64,000 nt of DNA, taken from the NCBI GenBank assembly GCA_042218065.1, contig JBDGRL010000012.1, forward strand, positions 4,244 through 68,243, written 5' to 3'. Shown piece after piece: positions 9,719 through 19,109 of this stretch. The notes below the pieces were generated by a model that saw only the letters and a program-made list of their open reading frames with translations, did not search any database and was not told where the DNA came from. Positions within the stretch are counted from its first letter, which is position 1. Every line of letters starts with the position of its first letter. The DNA is from Candidatus Magasanikiibacteriota bacterium (GTDB lineage: Bacteria; Patescibacteriota; Patescibacteriia; Magasanikbacterales; UBA922). The position numbers and the translations under genes are program-made.

Positions 9719-11131
9719 ATGACATATAATCCTACTAAAAATAGAGAAGCATCGGAACCGAACCATAATCAGACTAATTTAGAAAGATTTAAAGAAATTG
9801 CTGAGGAGAACCGTCATGAAGCCCACGAGAAGGCCCCTATTTTGGGGGAAGATTATCTACAGGCTCTCAATGAAGGATTTGAGTCGCAAGCAGATAGGGA
9901 GAGATTGGAACAACATATTGTAGTAAAATTGGGCAAGTGGTTTAAAAAAAGGGCCGAGGAGATGGAAAAAGATAATGAGGTGCCATTGTATTTTAGTCGT
10001 TTGTTAGAATCTGATCACCTTAAAAGATTTTTAGAAGAATCAGAAGATTATGAGAAGGGTGTGGATGCTGATGCTGCTTCAGAACTTTTTTCTCATTGTG
10101 TAGACTTGTTTTCGGGCTGTGGATATGATGATTCTATGGATGGTATACCTAATGATTTGTTAGAAGCTTTATTGCGAGCAAATAAGCAATATAAAACTGA
10201 GTTAAAAAAATATTTTGATGTGGGGGTGGATCAAGAAGCTAAAGATGATTTTCGTAACTTTTTCATCTCTCAAATTACAAAATTATCAGATAAGATAAAT
10301 TTAGCCGAACCTGTTCTACAAAAAATTAGAGAACGTCTTGAAGATATTATTTTTGATTTAGTGGGGGGATTAAGTGGAAGAAATGCCAGAGGGGCATCAT
10401 TTCGTTACTATCCAGAAGAGGATAGGGTAAAATTAACTCTAGATCAATTTAAGGGAGAGCACGACCCCCAAGAACAATGTGATTTAATTAAAAAAATAGC
10501 TGTACACGAAACCCTACATGCCGTGAGCTGTTTTTCTGCCAATAAAGAGAAGACAGACATAGAAAGTTTGGGTTCATGCAAGCTGGGTTTATTGTTTGAG
10601 AGTGATTGGCCGTCCGGAGGTCATAATCTGAATGAGGGGGTTACTGACTATCTTGCTATTCAATTTTTAGGACATGAAAGTAAAAGCATAAGATATTCAC
10701 CCGGTGATTATAAGGTTGGAATATATCAACCACAGATAGCAGCTGTTGAGGCAATTTTAGATGACATCCCTGAGGAAATTTTATTTGGTGCTTATTTTGA
10801 ATCTTATCAGAAATCGCAAGAAAATACAGCCGTAAAAACTAAAGAACTGTTAAGTCTGATGGAAGAAAAATATGGAGATAAAGATTTCTTCTTTGTGTTA
10901 GATGAATCTTTGAGGTATTTGGATCCGCAACATTTTAACCAAAAGAAGCAAGCAAAGAAACTTATAGCAGCTCTAAAAAAGGAAATTCAAAGGAATCAAG
11001 GAGTTTCCGATATACTAGACTCCCATAAGCTCAATAAAGATATGATAGCCAAAGTTCTAGAAAAACATGTTTCATCTCAGGGTGAAGGGTCTGTGAAGAG
11101 TTGGTTTTACAGTGCTGAGAATATAGACTAA
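9719..11131 (+). CDS. hypothetical cytoplasmic protein with gluzincin-like zinc-metallopeptidase signature (HETLH ... NEGVTD)
   Basis: 470 aa with no signal peptide. HExxH (VHETLHAVS) is followed about 40 aa later by NEGVTDY, resembling the thermolysin-type HExxH + NExxSD arrangement. Confidence 0.4.
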   Translation: MTYNPTKNREASEPNHNQTNLERFKEIAEENRHEAHEKAPILGEDYLQALNEGFESQADRERLEQHIVVKLGKWFKKRAEEMEKDNEVPLYFSRLLESDHLKRFLEESEDYEKGVDADAASELFSHCVDLFSGCGYDDSMDGIPNDLLEALLRANKQYKTELKKYFDVGVDQEAKDDFRNFFISQITKLSDKINLAEPVLQKIRERLEDIIFDLVGGLSGRNARGASFRYYPEEDRVKLTLDQFKGEHDPQEQCDLIKKIAVHETLHAVSCFSANKEKTDIESLGSCKLGLLFESDWPSGGHNLNEGVTDYLAIQFLGHESKSIRYSPGDYKVGIYQPQIAAVEAILDDIPEEILFGAYFESYQKSQENTAVKTKELLSLMEEKYGDKDFFFVLDESLRYLDPQHFNQKKQAKKLIAALKKEIQRNQGVSDILDSHKLNKDMIAKVLEKHVSSQGEGSVKSWFYSAENID

Positions 11132-11347
11132 TACGTTGATGTAATTAATTTATAAGTAGAGAAAAAGCACTAATTAGAAAAGACAATAATTAATCATGCC
11201 ATCGAATTTTTGAATTATCGCACCCCTAAGTTTTTTGCTACCACCTCTTCATCAGAAATAATCGATCATCTTACTGGACGACAATATACTCATATATTTT
11301 AGAGTTTATTTTTTAATATGATAATATAAGAATATAACTTTTTATCA

Positions 11348-11716
11348 ATGAAACAAGCAACCTTAATTTACGATGGTGATTGTGGTTTTTGTGAGTATTG
11401 GGTGCAAAGATGGAAGCAAACTACGGGAGATGAGGTAGAGTATAAAGCTTATCAGCAATCTCTATCCGAGTTTGAAAATCTATCTAAAGAAGAATGTGAG
11501 CGCGCTGTACAGCTTATAACCTCAGGTGGAGAAAAATTTAGTGCGGCCGAAGCCGTGTTTGAGACCCTGGCAATTGGCGGTAATACTAAATGGAGGTGGG
11601 TCTATAATAACATACCTTTTGTTAGTTATTTATTTGAGTTTAGCTATAAAATAATAGCACATAATAGGTCTTTCTTTTTTAAGTTGACAAAGATATTTTT
11701 TGATGAAAACGATTAA
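11348..11716 (+). CDS. DCC1-like thiol-disulfide oxidoreductase family protein (DUF393)
   Basis: 122 aa. The N-terminal LIYDGDCGFCEYWV is the hallmark CxxC motif of DUF393. Confidence 0.7.
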   Translation: MKQATLIYDGDCGFCEYWVQRWKQTTGDEVEYKAYQQSLSEFENLSKEECERAVQLITSGGEKFSAAEAVFETLAIGGNTKWRWVYNNIPFVSYLFEFSYKIIAHNRSFFFKLTKIFFDEND

Positions 11717-12365
11717 AAACTTTTTTACAACTTATCGCAAGGAAATACTTCTGCTTTTGTTGTTTTTATCCTTAAATTTGCTTGCTTTCATTTTTTACAG
11801 CAATGTACATATACTCCAATTTGAACAAAATATAGTACAAGCTAATCAAGAGAATCTTGGTAATATAACCACTGTGACAATATTTGCCGGTGGTATGAAA
11901 AAAAGAGGAGTGATGACCGAACACCAACGAGACAGGGTAATAAAAGGGGTCAGGGTCTATAAGAGTATAGATGATGTAAAACAGATCTTAATTACAGGTG
12001 ATGATGGAAAAAGGAGGATAAATGAAGTCGATGCCATGAAGGCTCTGGCTAAAAAAATGGGCGTAAAATCAGAAGATATTATCGTCGATCCCCACGGATA
12101 TGGTACTTATGAAAGTTGTCATAGAGCTAATAATGTCTTTGGAATAGATAAGATGGCCGCAGTATCACAAAACTACCACCTTTCTCGTATAGCTTATATT
12201 TGTTCTAATTTTGGTATTAAAACCTTAGGAGTATCAGCAAACTTAAGCGATTATGAAACTACAGGTGGTATTAGAGAAGTGTTAGCTAGAGCTAAAGCAG
12301 TATGGCAGACTGAAGTTACTAGACCTCATCCGAGGTATATGTGGGAGGTTTCTTTTGGATATTAA
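11700..12365 (+). CDS. SanA/YdcF-like DUF218 family protein with N-terminal TM anchor
   Basis: 221 aa with one TM segment, then ..ILITGDDGKRR..YESCHRANNVF..SQNYHLSRIAY.. resembling the DUF218 (ElyC/SanA/YdcF) core. It overlaps the upstream gene by 17 nt. Confidence 0.55.
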   Translation: MMKTIKNFFTTYRKEILLLLLFLSLNLLAFIFYSNVHILQFEQNIVQANQENLGNITTVTIFAGGMKKRGVMTEHQRDRVIKGVRVYKSIDDVKQILITGDDGKRRINEVDAMKALAKKMGVKSEDIIVDPHGYGTYESCHRANNVFGIDKMAAVSQNYHLSRIAYICSNFGIKTLGVSANLSDYETTGGIREVLARAKAVWQTEVTRPHPRYMWEVSFGY

Positions 12366-12374
12366 TTTGAGCAC

Positions 12375-12815
12375 TTAAAAGTATTCTTTATCTTCTATAT
12401 CTTCTTTTCTTATACTGTGATTGCCCATTAGAACTACAAAACTTGATGCTAGTTTTGGGTTAAATTCAGTTATTACTTGGTCTAGTAGTTCAATAGCCTC
12501 TAGAACCTTACGACTTCTTTGTTTGCTGAATCCACTCCTTTTTTCTCTCCTGTCTTCTGTTGCATCTTTGAAACCCTTCAGTTCTCCAAAGAGCTCACTT
12601 TCATCCAGATCTATATCCCCCTTAAAGAACTCACGAAAATTAGCATTCCAAATATTTGGATGGATTGAAGCCCCTTTTTTGATCATGTCTTTTAGTTTGC
12701 TTTCTTTTTCTTGGCTTAGCTCTAAATCTTTAAAAAAATCTTGTACGCCTTCGCTCTCTAAATTGACAAATTCTGTCTTTTTATCTACTTCGTCTCTTCG
12801 TTCTCTTTCTATCAT
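12375..12815 (-). CDS. hypothetical charged protein
   Basis: 146-aa ORF with varied composition. The overlapping plus-strand ORF 12421..12831 is Ser/Leu-rich and low-complexity, as expected for the antisense of a Glu/Lys-rich gene. It lies 16 nt downstream of the lipoprotein gene on the same strand. Confidence 0.5.
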   Translation of the reverse strand: MIERERRDEVDKKTEFVNLESEGVQDFFKDLELSQEKESKLKDMIKKGASIHPNIWNANFREFFKGDIDLDESELFGELKGFKDATEDRREKRSGFSKQRSRKVLEAIELLDQVITEFNPKLASSFVVLMGNHSIRKEDIEDKEYF

Positions 12816-12831
12816 GATCCATCTTGGTTAG

Positions 12832-13293
12832 TTATTTTACTTTCACTTTCACATCATTACTATACTCAGTACATTCATTATTTTCTAGGATACAAATCCG
12901 AAAATGATAAGTTCCACTAGGGATGTTGATCCAAGTTATGCTTCGACGTGATCCAGGTTGTCTGAACCAATAGTTTTTTCCGTTGTGTACTGGATTTTTA
13001 TTTTCGTCTCTCACTATTACAAAACGATCAACCTCTTTTTCATCTCTTAACTTCCATTCAAAATGAACCTTACCTTCTCCGCGTGGTTCAGCTTCCAGTG
13101 ATAATTCGTGTTTCTTATCTTTGTCTTTATTCTTTTCCGTAGCTTTTTCAATATCTTTTTTAATTTGTTCTTCTACTTTAGAAACTTCTCTTTGGTTGTT
13201 TTGGTTTTGTTCTGTTCCGCAAGCTGCTCCCAAAAAAATCAAAGAAGAGGCTATTAAGGAACAAAAGAATACTTTTTTATCAAAAGAAGGCAT
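12832..13293 (-). CDS. hypothetical lipoprotein (signal peptide with LGAAC lipobox)
   Basis: 153 aa. The N-terminus MPSFDKKVFFCSLIASSLIFLGAAC G fits a lipoprotein signal. The mature part is Lys/Glu-rich plus a beta-rich C-terminus. Confidence 0.55.
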   Translation of the reverse strand: MPSFDKKVFFCSLIASSLIFLGAACGTEQNQNNQREVSKVEEQIKKDIEKATEKNKDKDKKHELSLEAEPRGEGKVHFEWKLRDEKEVDRFVIVRDENKNPVHNGKNYWFRQPGSRRSITWINIPSGTYHFRICILENNECTEYSNDVKVKVK

Positions 13294-13355
13294 ATATAAT
13301 TGTTAAAAGTTATCTTTAAAAATTATAACATTTACTTATATGTAGTACAAATTGA

Positions 13356-13384
13356 TTGACAGTACATTGATTTTGAGATATAAT
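13356..13384 (+). promoter_or_regulatory. sigma70-type promoter upstream of uvrA (TTGACA - 17 nt - TATAAT)
   Basis: Exact consensus -35 TTGACA (13356-13361) and -10 TATAAT (13379-13384) with a 17-nt spacer, about 80 nt upstream of the uvrA ATG. Confidence 0.6.
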
Positions 13385-13461
13385 TCTTATTGGTTATTTG
13401 AACTTATCCACCCCACCTAAAATCTTGGTGGGGAAGACTATATTATGTAAATCAAAAAAAT

Positions 13462-16020
13462 ATGAAAAAAAAGATAAAAGTTGAAGGCGCAAATGAGCAT
13501 AACTTAAAAGATATAGATTTGGAGATCCCCAGAAACAAAATGATAGTAGTGACTGGCTTGTCTGGTTCAGGTAAGACATCTCTAGCTTTTGATACTATCT
13601 TTGCTGAAGGACAGAGAAGATATGTGGAGAGTTTGTCTGCTTATGCTAGGCAGTTTTTGGGTAGCATGCAGAAGCCGGATGTGGAAGAAATTAAGGGGTT
13701 GTCACCTGGTATATCTATAGACCAGAAATCCAGAGGAGCAAACCCTCGCTCTACTGTTGCAACTATAACCGATATTTATGATTATCTTCGAGTTTTGTTT
13801 GCTCGAGTAGGCACTCCTTATTCCCCGGAATCAGGTAAAGAACTGAAGAAGATGACGACGGATGAGATAACAGAAACTATTTTTGATAATATAGAAAAAA
13901 AGGAGGGGGAGCTGGTAGTATTAGCTCCTATTATCCAAGGTAGAAAGGGCGAGTATTATCAACTCATGTATGATTTATACAACGACGGCTTTTTGGAAGT
14001 GCGTGTAGACGATGAGTTTAGAAGTCTGAGAGAAAAAATAGTACTTGAAAAAAATAAAAAACACACGATTGAAGTAGTAATGGACCGAATCCAGATAGAT
14101 CCGGACCAGGATAAGGATAGTTATATAGAAAGAATAGCAGAAGCGGTAGAAGAAGGTGTGGACTTAGCAGAAGGAACTGTAAGTGTAATTTATAATAATG
14201 GAGAAGAGGAGAAATATAGTACAGAATATGTTTTACCAGAGCAAGGTACAGCATTTCCAGAGATAGAACCAAGACTTTTTAGTTTTAATAGCCCTTATGG
14301 TTATTGTGAAGCTTGTAGTGGTTTAGGTGTGAAACATAAAAAAAGTGAAAAGCTTTGTGAAAAATGTGAAGGCAAAAGATTAAATAAGTATTCTCTAAGC
14401 GTAAAGATAAAAGACAAAAATATTCATGAGCTGACTAAAATGCATATCGGTGACGCTTACGACTTTTTTGAAGATCTAGAAGAGAATTTGACTGAGAAAG
14501 AACTAGAGATTTCCAAAGCCGCACTTAGAGAAACCCGAAACCGTTTGAAGTTTATGAATGATGTCGGACTTCATTATTTAACTTTAGATAGAAAAGCAGG
14601 AACTCTCTCTGGTGGTGAGTCGCAAAGAATTAGGTTAGCATCTCAGGTAGGTCAGCAGTTAGTGGGAGCAATGTATGTGCTGGATGAGCCTACCATTGGT
14701 TTACATCAGAGAGATAATGCAAATTTGATCAAAACCTTAAGGGATCTGTGTGACGATGGTAATACTATAATTATCGTAGAGCATGATCAGGAAACTATTA
14801 CTAGCAGTGACTGGGTGGTGGACTTAGGTCCAGAAGCAGGAAAAAACGGAGGTGAAATAATGTTTTCTGGCCGAAAAGAGAAGCTGCTAAATCCAGGAAA
14901 AGAGGATTTGGATAATTTTGACTGTGAAACTCAGGGTAATCCGGATGAGTCTCTCACTGGAAAGTATTTACGAGGAGAAAAAGAGATTGAAAACCCCACC
15001 AATCAAAGAAAAGTGGACAGCGCTACTAATAAATTAACTATAAAAGGAGCAAAAGAAAATAATCTTAAAAATATTGATATAGAGATTCCACTGAGAAGAT
15101 TTGTTGGGCTTACGGGAGTTTCTGGCTCAGGAAAATCAACAGTAATGGAAAATATACTTCACCGAGCAGCAGCAAATGAACTACATGGGGCGGAACATAA
15201 AGTAGGGGGGCATGATGATATTATTGGTTTGGATCATGTCAGTAAAGTAAAAATGATTGATCAATCCGGCATAGGAAGAACACCTAGAAGTACTCCCGCA
15301 ACTTATACCAAAGCGTTTGATTATATAAGAGATTTATACGCCTCAATGACTGAGTCCAAAGTAAGAGGATATGATAAAGGTAGATTTAGTTTCAATAAAG
15401 AAGGTGGTAGATGTGAGAACTGTGGCGGTAAAGGACAAATTAAAGTGGAAATGCATTTTCTGCCCAGTGTAAGTATTACTTGTGATGTTTGTGGTGGTAC
15501 CAGATACAATAAAGAAACTCGACAAGTGCATTATAAGGATAAAAATATTGCTGAAGTGCTGGATATGACTGTAGCTGAGGCAGAGCAGTTTTTTAAAGAT
15601 ATACCAAAAATTAATGATCGGCTTAGTATCTTGAATGATGTAGGTCTTGATTATCTTACTCTTGGCCAGCCTTCACCCACACTTTCCGGTGGTGAGGCAC
15701 AAAGAATTAAATTAGCAAAAGAGTTAGCTAAAAGAAGAACTACTAAGGCACTTTATCTGTTGGATGAACCTACGACAGGACTTCACTACGAAGATGTAAA
15801 GAAGCTGATAAAAGTTTTACAGCAGTTAGTTTCTAAAGGGAATACGGTCATGGTTATTGAGCACAATTTGGAACTTATAAAGTGTACTGATTGGATTATA
15901 GATCTTGGTCCGGAAGGGGGTGAGAATGGTGGAGAAATAGTAAAAGCGGGTCCACCTGAGCGAATAGCTAGTTATGCTGATAGTTATACTGGTAATTATT
16001 TGCGGAAGCATATAAAATAA
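13462..16020 (+). CDS. uvrA: excinuclease ABC subunit A (UvrA), short form
   Basis: 852 aa with two ABC ATPase modules (GLSGSGKTSLAFDTIFAEGQRRYVESLSAYARQF; second Walker A GVSGSGKST), Cys-rich zinc modules and signature LSGGE motifs. Confidence 0.93.
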   Translation: MKKKIKVEGANEHNLKDIDLEIPRNKMIVVTGLSGSGKTSLAFDTIFAEGQRRYVESLSAYARQFLGSMQKPDVEEIKGLSPGISIDQKSRGANPRSTVATITDIYDYLRVLFARVGTPYSPESGKELKKMTTDEITETIFDNIEKKEGELVVLAPIIQGRKGEYYQLMYDLYNDGFLEVRVDDEFRSLREKIVLEKNKKHTIEVVMDRIQIDPDQDKDSYIERIAEAVEEGVDLAEGTVSVIYNNGEEEKYSTEYVLPEQGTAFPEIEPRLFSFNSPYGYCEACSGLGVKHKKSEKLCEKCEGKRLNKYSLSVKIKDKNIHELTKMHIGDAYDFFEDLEENLTEKELEISKAALRETRNRLKFMNDVGLHYLTLDRKAGTLSGGESQRIRLASQVGQQLVGAMYVLDEPTIGLHQRDNANLIKTLRDLCDDGNTIIIVEHDQETITSSDWVVDLGPEAGKNGGEIMFSGRKEKLLNPGKEDLDNFDCETQGNPDESLTGKYLRGEKEIENPTNQRKVDSATNKLTIKGAKENNLKNIDIEIPLRRFVGLTGVSGSGKSTVMENILHRAAANELHGAEHKVGGHDDIIGLDHVSKVKMIDQSGIGRTPRSTPATYTKAFDYIRDLYASMTESKVRGYDKGRFSFNKEGGRCENCGGKGQIKVEMHFLPSVSITCDVCGGTRYNKETRQVHYKDKNIAEVLDMTVAEAEQFFKDIPKINDRLSILNDVGLDYLTLGQPSPTLSGGEAQRIKLAKELAKRRTTKALYLLDEPTTGLHYEDVKKLIKVLQQLVSKGNTVMVIEHNLELIKCTDWIIDLGPEGGENGGEIVKAGPPERIASYADSYTGNYLRKHIK

Positions 16021-16113
16021 AATTTTATAGGGTTGACTTTTGTTTTGTTTTATGATTAAATAGTACGATCCTTTTTAGGATCATCAGTCGACTCGAACCA
16101 AAGGAGGGAACAA

Positions 16114-16707
16114 GTGACCAGGTGCTGCTTTTCTTCGTCGGTCTTAGAAAAAGCCAGTGAACTGTTGTCAATCAGTGAAAACGAGACAGTAGAGAAGCTT
16201 CTTGATTTACTACAAAAAGATGATTGTCTGTTATACGATTTAGAAGTTGATGATAATAGTACCTTGAAGTTTTATCAGCTTATGGATACTAACCATGTTT
16301 TAGTTCATAATGTAAGCGAGAATAGAGCAGATAGAGTATTGGAAAATTATTTGGGAAAGAGAAATGGGAATTATTTCTTTTTGAGTCTTCATGCAGTAGA
16401 AAGGTTTGAGCAGAGAATGCCCAGTGACTATTATGATGAAGATAACATTGTAGTTTCTTGCAAAGAGGCTTTTCAGGATTCTAGACTATATGTTAAAGAA
16501 AGGACTGAAGACTATGGAGGAGATGAGTATTGCTTTTATTCTGAAGGTGAGCCTGAATATATCTTCTTTGCTATTCCGGAGAAAGAGTACAAAGACTATT
16601 GTGGATTATGGGTAGTGACTACATTCATCCCAGAAGGGCTTTATGAGGAAAATTGTCTGAGGACTCGTAGAATTCCACTCAACAAGGAAGTAGCACTGTT
16701 TTGTTAA
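16114..16707 (+). CDS. hypothetical protein inserted between uvrA and uvrC
   Basis: 197-aa ORF with a GTG start 6 nt after GGAGGG. It contains HAVERFEQR, loosely reminiscent of DUF4258/RelE-like toxin motifs; this assignment is weak. Confidence 0.4.
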   Translation: MTRCCFSSSVLEKASELLSISENETVEKLLDLLQKDDCLLYDLEVDDNSTLKFYQLMDTNHVLVHNVSENRADRVLENYLGKRNGNYFFLSLHAVERFEQRMPSDYYDEDNIVVSCKEAFQDSRLYVKERTEDYGGDEYCFYSEGEPEYIFFAIPEKEYKDYCGLWVVTTFIPEGLYEENCLRTRRIPLNKEVALFC

Positions 16708-16722
16708 GGAGTTGCTAGCATA

Positions 16723-16744
16723 GGCCGAGGTCGACCCCTCGGCC
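16723..16744 (+). terminator. GC-rich hairpin (GGCCGAGG-tcgacc-CCTCGGCC) after the 197-aa ORF
   Basis: Perfect 8-bp GC stem followed by a weak T-tract. Confidence 0.5.
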
Positions 16745-16757
16745 TAAATTATTTATA

Positions 16758-18065
16758 ATGAAAAATAATATGAAGAATAAAAAGGAAGAAATTAAAAATT
16801 TACCAAATAAACCGGGAATTTATTTATTCTACAGTGATGGTGAGCTAATTTATGTGGGGAAAGCCTCTTCGTTGAAAAATAGGGTAAAAAGTTATTTTCA
16901 GCAATCAGACAAGAAAGAAAAAACGGCACGAGAGGTGATTAGACCAATCGAGGAGATGATAGAGCAAGTTGATGATATTGAATTTAAAGAAACGGATTCA
17001 GCCTTAGAAGCTATCATCTTGGAAGCTGAATATATTAAAAAGCATCAACCTAAATATAATGTATTGGGCAAAGATAATAAAAGCTGGAATTATATAGCAA
17101 TTACTGCGCATAAGTACCCTTCTGTAGATACGGTGAGACAGCATCAGTACAAAAACATGGAACCGGAGGAAAGAGAACAAAAATTTGAAGAGGTATTCGG
17201 GCCTTATCCAAAATTAAATACAAAAGCTACTTTAAAAATATTAAGAAAACTTTTTAATTATTCTACCTGCCAAACTAAAGATAGACCGGAAGGGAAACCC
17301 TGCCTTTATTATCAGATGGGAAAGTGTTTGGGTGTTTGCACCAATGAGATTTCACCGAAAGAATACCGGAATAAAGTGATTAAGCCCTTAAAGAAGTTTT
17401 TATCCGGGGAAAAGGATGAATTGATTGACCAGCTTAAGGAAACAATGAACAAAGCTTCCGAAAATAAGGATTATGAAGAGGCAGCTAGAATCAGAGATCA
17501 GATAGAGGCTTTAAATCATATTCATGACGTAGCCTTATTAAATGAAAGTTTTGTCGAAGATGCCTTATCAATAAATAAATTGAAAATTGGTAGAATTGAA
17601 GGGTATGATATTTCCAATCTGGGCAAAACGGGAGTAGTCGGCAGTTTGGTAGCATTTAAAAATGGTGAAGCTCAAAAAAATCAATATAGAAAGTTTAAAA
17701 TTAGGGATGTGGAAGGGCAAAGTGATGTAGATAGCCTCAAAGAAGTAATTTCCAGAAGAGTAAAATATCTGGGAGAGAAGACGGACTTTGCAAAAGAAGA
17801 TCCTGATTTAATATTAGTAGACGGAGGAAAAGCTCAGGTAAATGCGACTCGTGAAGTTTTAGCTCAAAAAGAGATAGAAATTCCGGTGTTGGGAATAGCT
17901 AAAGGTGAAAACCGAGATAAGAATGAATTAATAATCCATGATCTAAAACCGGAGCTTATAAAGTGGATTAAAGAAAACAAACAAACTCTGGTAGAAGTTA
18001 GAGATGAGGCGCATAGATTTGCTTTAAAATATCAGAAGAAAATAAGAGAGGATAAACTTGACTAA
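16758..18065 (+). CDS. uvrC: excinuclease ABC subunit C (UvrC), short variant lacking C-terminal (HhH)2 domain
   Basis: 435 aa. It has an N-terminal GIY-YIG (PGIYLFYSDGELIYVGKASSLKNR), a UVR domain (DYEEAARIRDQIEAL) and an RNase H-like endonuclease region (GYDISNLGKTGVVGSLVAF). It ends about 150 aa short of canonical UvrC. Confidence 0.8.
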   Translation: MKNNMKNKKEEIKNLPNKPGIYLFYSDGELIYVGKASSLKNRVKSYFQQSDKKEKTAREVIRPIEEMIEQVDDIEFKETDSALEAIILEAEYIKKHQPKYNVLGKDNKSWNYIAITAHKYPSVDTVRQHQYKNMEPEEREQKFEEVFGPYPKLNTKATLKILRKLFNYSTCQTKDRPEGKPCLYYQMGKCLGVCTNEISPKEYRNKVIKPLKKFLSGEKDELIDQLKETMNKASENKDYEEAARIRDQIEALNHIHDVALLNESFVEDALSINKLKIGRIEGYDISNLGKTGVVGSLVAFKNGEAQKNQYRKFKIRDVEGQSDVDSLKEVISRRVKYLGEKTDFAKEDPDLILVDGGKAQVNATREVLAQKEIEIPVLGIAKGENRDKNELIIHDLKPELIKWIKENKQTLVEVRDEAHRFALKYQKKIREDKLD

Positions 18066-18152
18066 TATTTGACAAAGAATAAATATTATGCTAAGTTGTG
18101 GTGTCATTGCAAAAATCAATGACGCGCTCTTTGTTAATCATAACTCTATACC

Positions 18153-18907
18153 GGAGGTTTGAAATGAATAAACCTTCGACGAGAAACCTAGAATCAGATC
18201 AGTTAATTTTAGAAAAACTGAAAATAGCGGAGCAAATTGCAAAAAGAGAAGGTGAGGACTTCGGAGAAATAAATAGCTTGATGAGCTGGGTTGAAAATGA
18301 ATATGCTCAAGAACTTACAAGGAGACTGCAGGTAAAAAAAGAAAGCATAAAAACCAGGCTGGAAAACGAAACCCCAGAAATTCGTCGGCAACTGGAAGAT
18401 TTTGAAAGAAGCATAAAAACAGACGAGTCAGTCAGTCAAGAAGTTGAAGACAAAGTTGATGCTATTGAGTGGAAATATGATATTAATGTTCCGGAATGGA
18501 TGAGAAATTCAGTGACCAGAGGAATACCAAGAACAGATTGGATCCGGGTATTCCTAATCTTTCTGTTCGGACGTAAGAGAAGCTTGCAGTCGGCGAAAAA
18601 AGAACTCCGTAGTGAAAGTCACAAGAAAGCAGTTGAAATGGCCGTCAAAAAAATATCTCTGGTTGATCGCTTGATTAATGCAAGTAAAGAGTTATACAAG
18701 TTCTATACAGGTTCTGATTTTGCCTACGGAGAGTTAAGACAAGAAAAAGACCGAGTTTGGAGTGAATTTATGTGGAGGGTGAAAAACTCGGAGGAAGAAT
18801 CACTCAAGAGACTACCCTCCAATAATGAATTTGTGAAATCTTTGATCGATGAGGCTGATTTGCCGGTTTATAAAGTAGATAAGCTACTGGAAGTCATGAG
18901 TAAATGA
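18153..18907 (+). CDS. hypothetical protein
   Basis: ORF track gives 18098..18907. The ATG at 18153 is preceded by GGAGGT, so I prefer it as the start. Charged helical protein of unknown family. Confidence 0.45.
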
Positions 18908-18925
18908 CACTAATTATAGGGGGGA

Positions 18926-18960
18926 GCGGAGCGGCGTCAGCTGCTCCGTCTTTTTATTTT
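18926..18960 (+). terminator. rho-independent terminator (CGGAGC-loop-GCTCCG + T-tract)
   Basis: 6-7 bp GC stem followed by TCTTTTTATTTT. Confidence 0.6.
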
Positions 18961-18994
18961 TCTGCCGAGTTGTGGATAACTTGGGAAATTATAG

Positions 18995-19068
18995 TTTGCA
19001 TTGAATATAAATGTGGTATATAATGGAATCAAGTGGGTTAAAGTGGGAGATTTTAAAGTATGAGTGCG
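18995..19068 (+). promoter_or_regulatory. mraZ promoter (TTGCAT-17-TATAAT) with MraZ-box-like GTGGG direct repeats and a 7-bp inverted repeat in the leader
   Basis: -35 TTGCAT (18996-19001) and -10 TATAAT (19019-19024). GTGGG sits at 19033-19037 and 19043-19047, 10 nt start-to-start. Inverted repeat ATGAGTG...CACTCAT lies at 19059-19083. Confidence 0.5.
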
Positions 19069-19109
19069 GTGCTTGTCCACTCATGCCTTTAATCCGCTAG
19101 TTATTTTCA

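Noticed and set aside
12421-12831. 136-aa plus-strand ORF
   Set aside because: It is a Ser/Leu-rich low-complexity translation antisense to the charged 146-aa reverse ORF, which follows the lipoprotein gene in operon-like fashion.
18971-18979. Replication origin (DnaA box TGTGGATAA)
   Set aside because: It is a single box with no cluster of boxes or AT-rich DUE nearby. dnaB is in the window but dnaA/dnaN are not. It is more likely incidental or regulatory.
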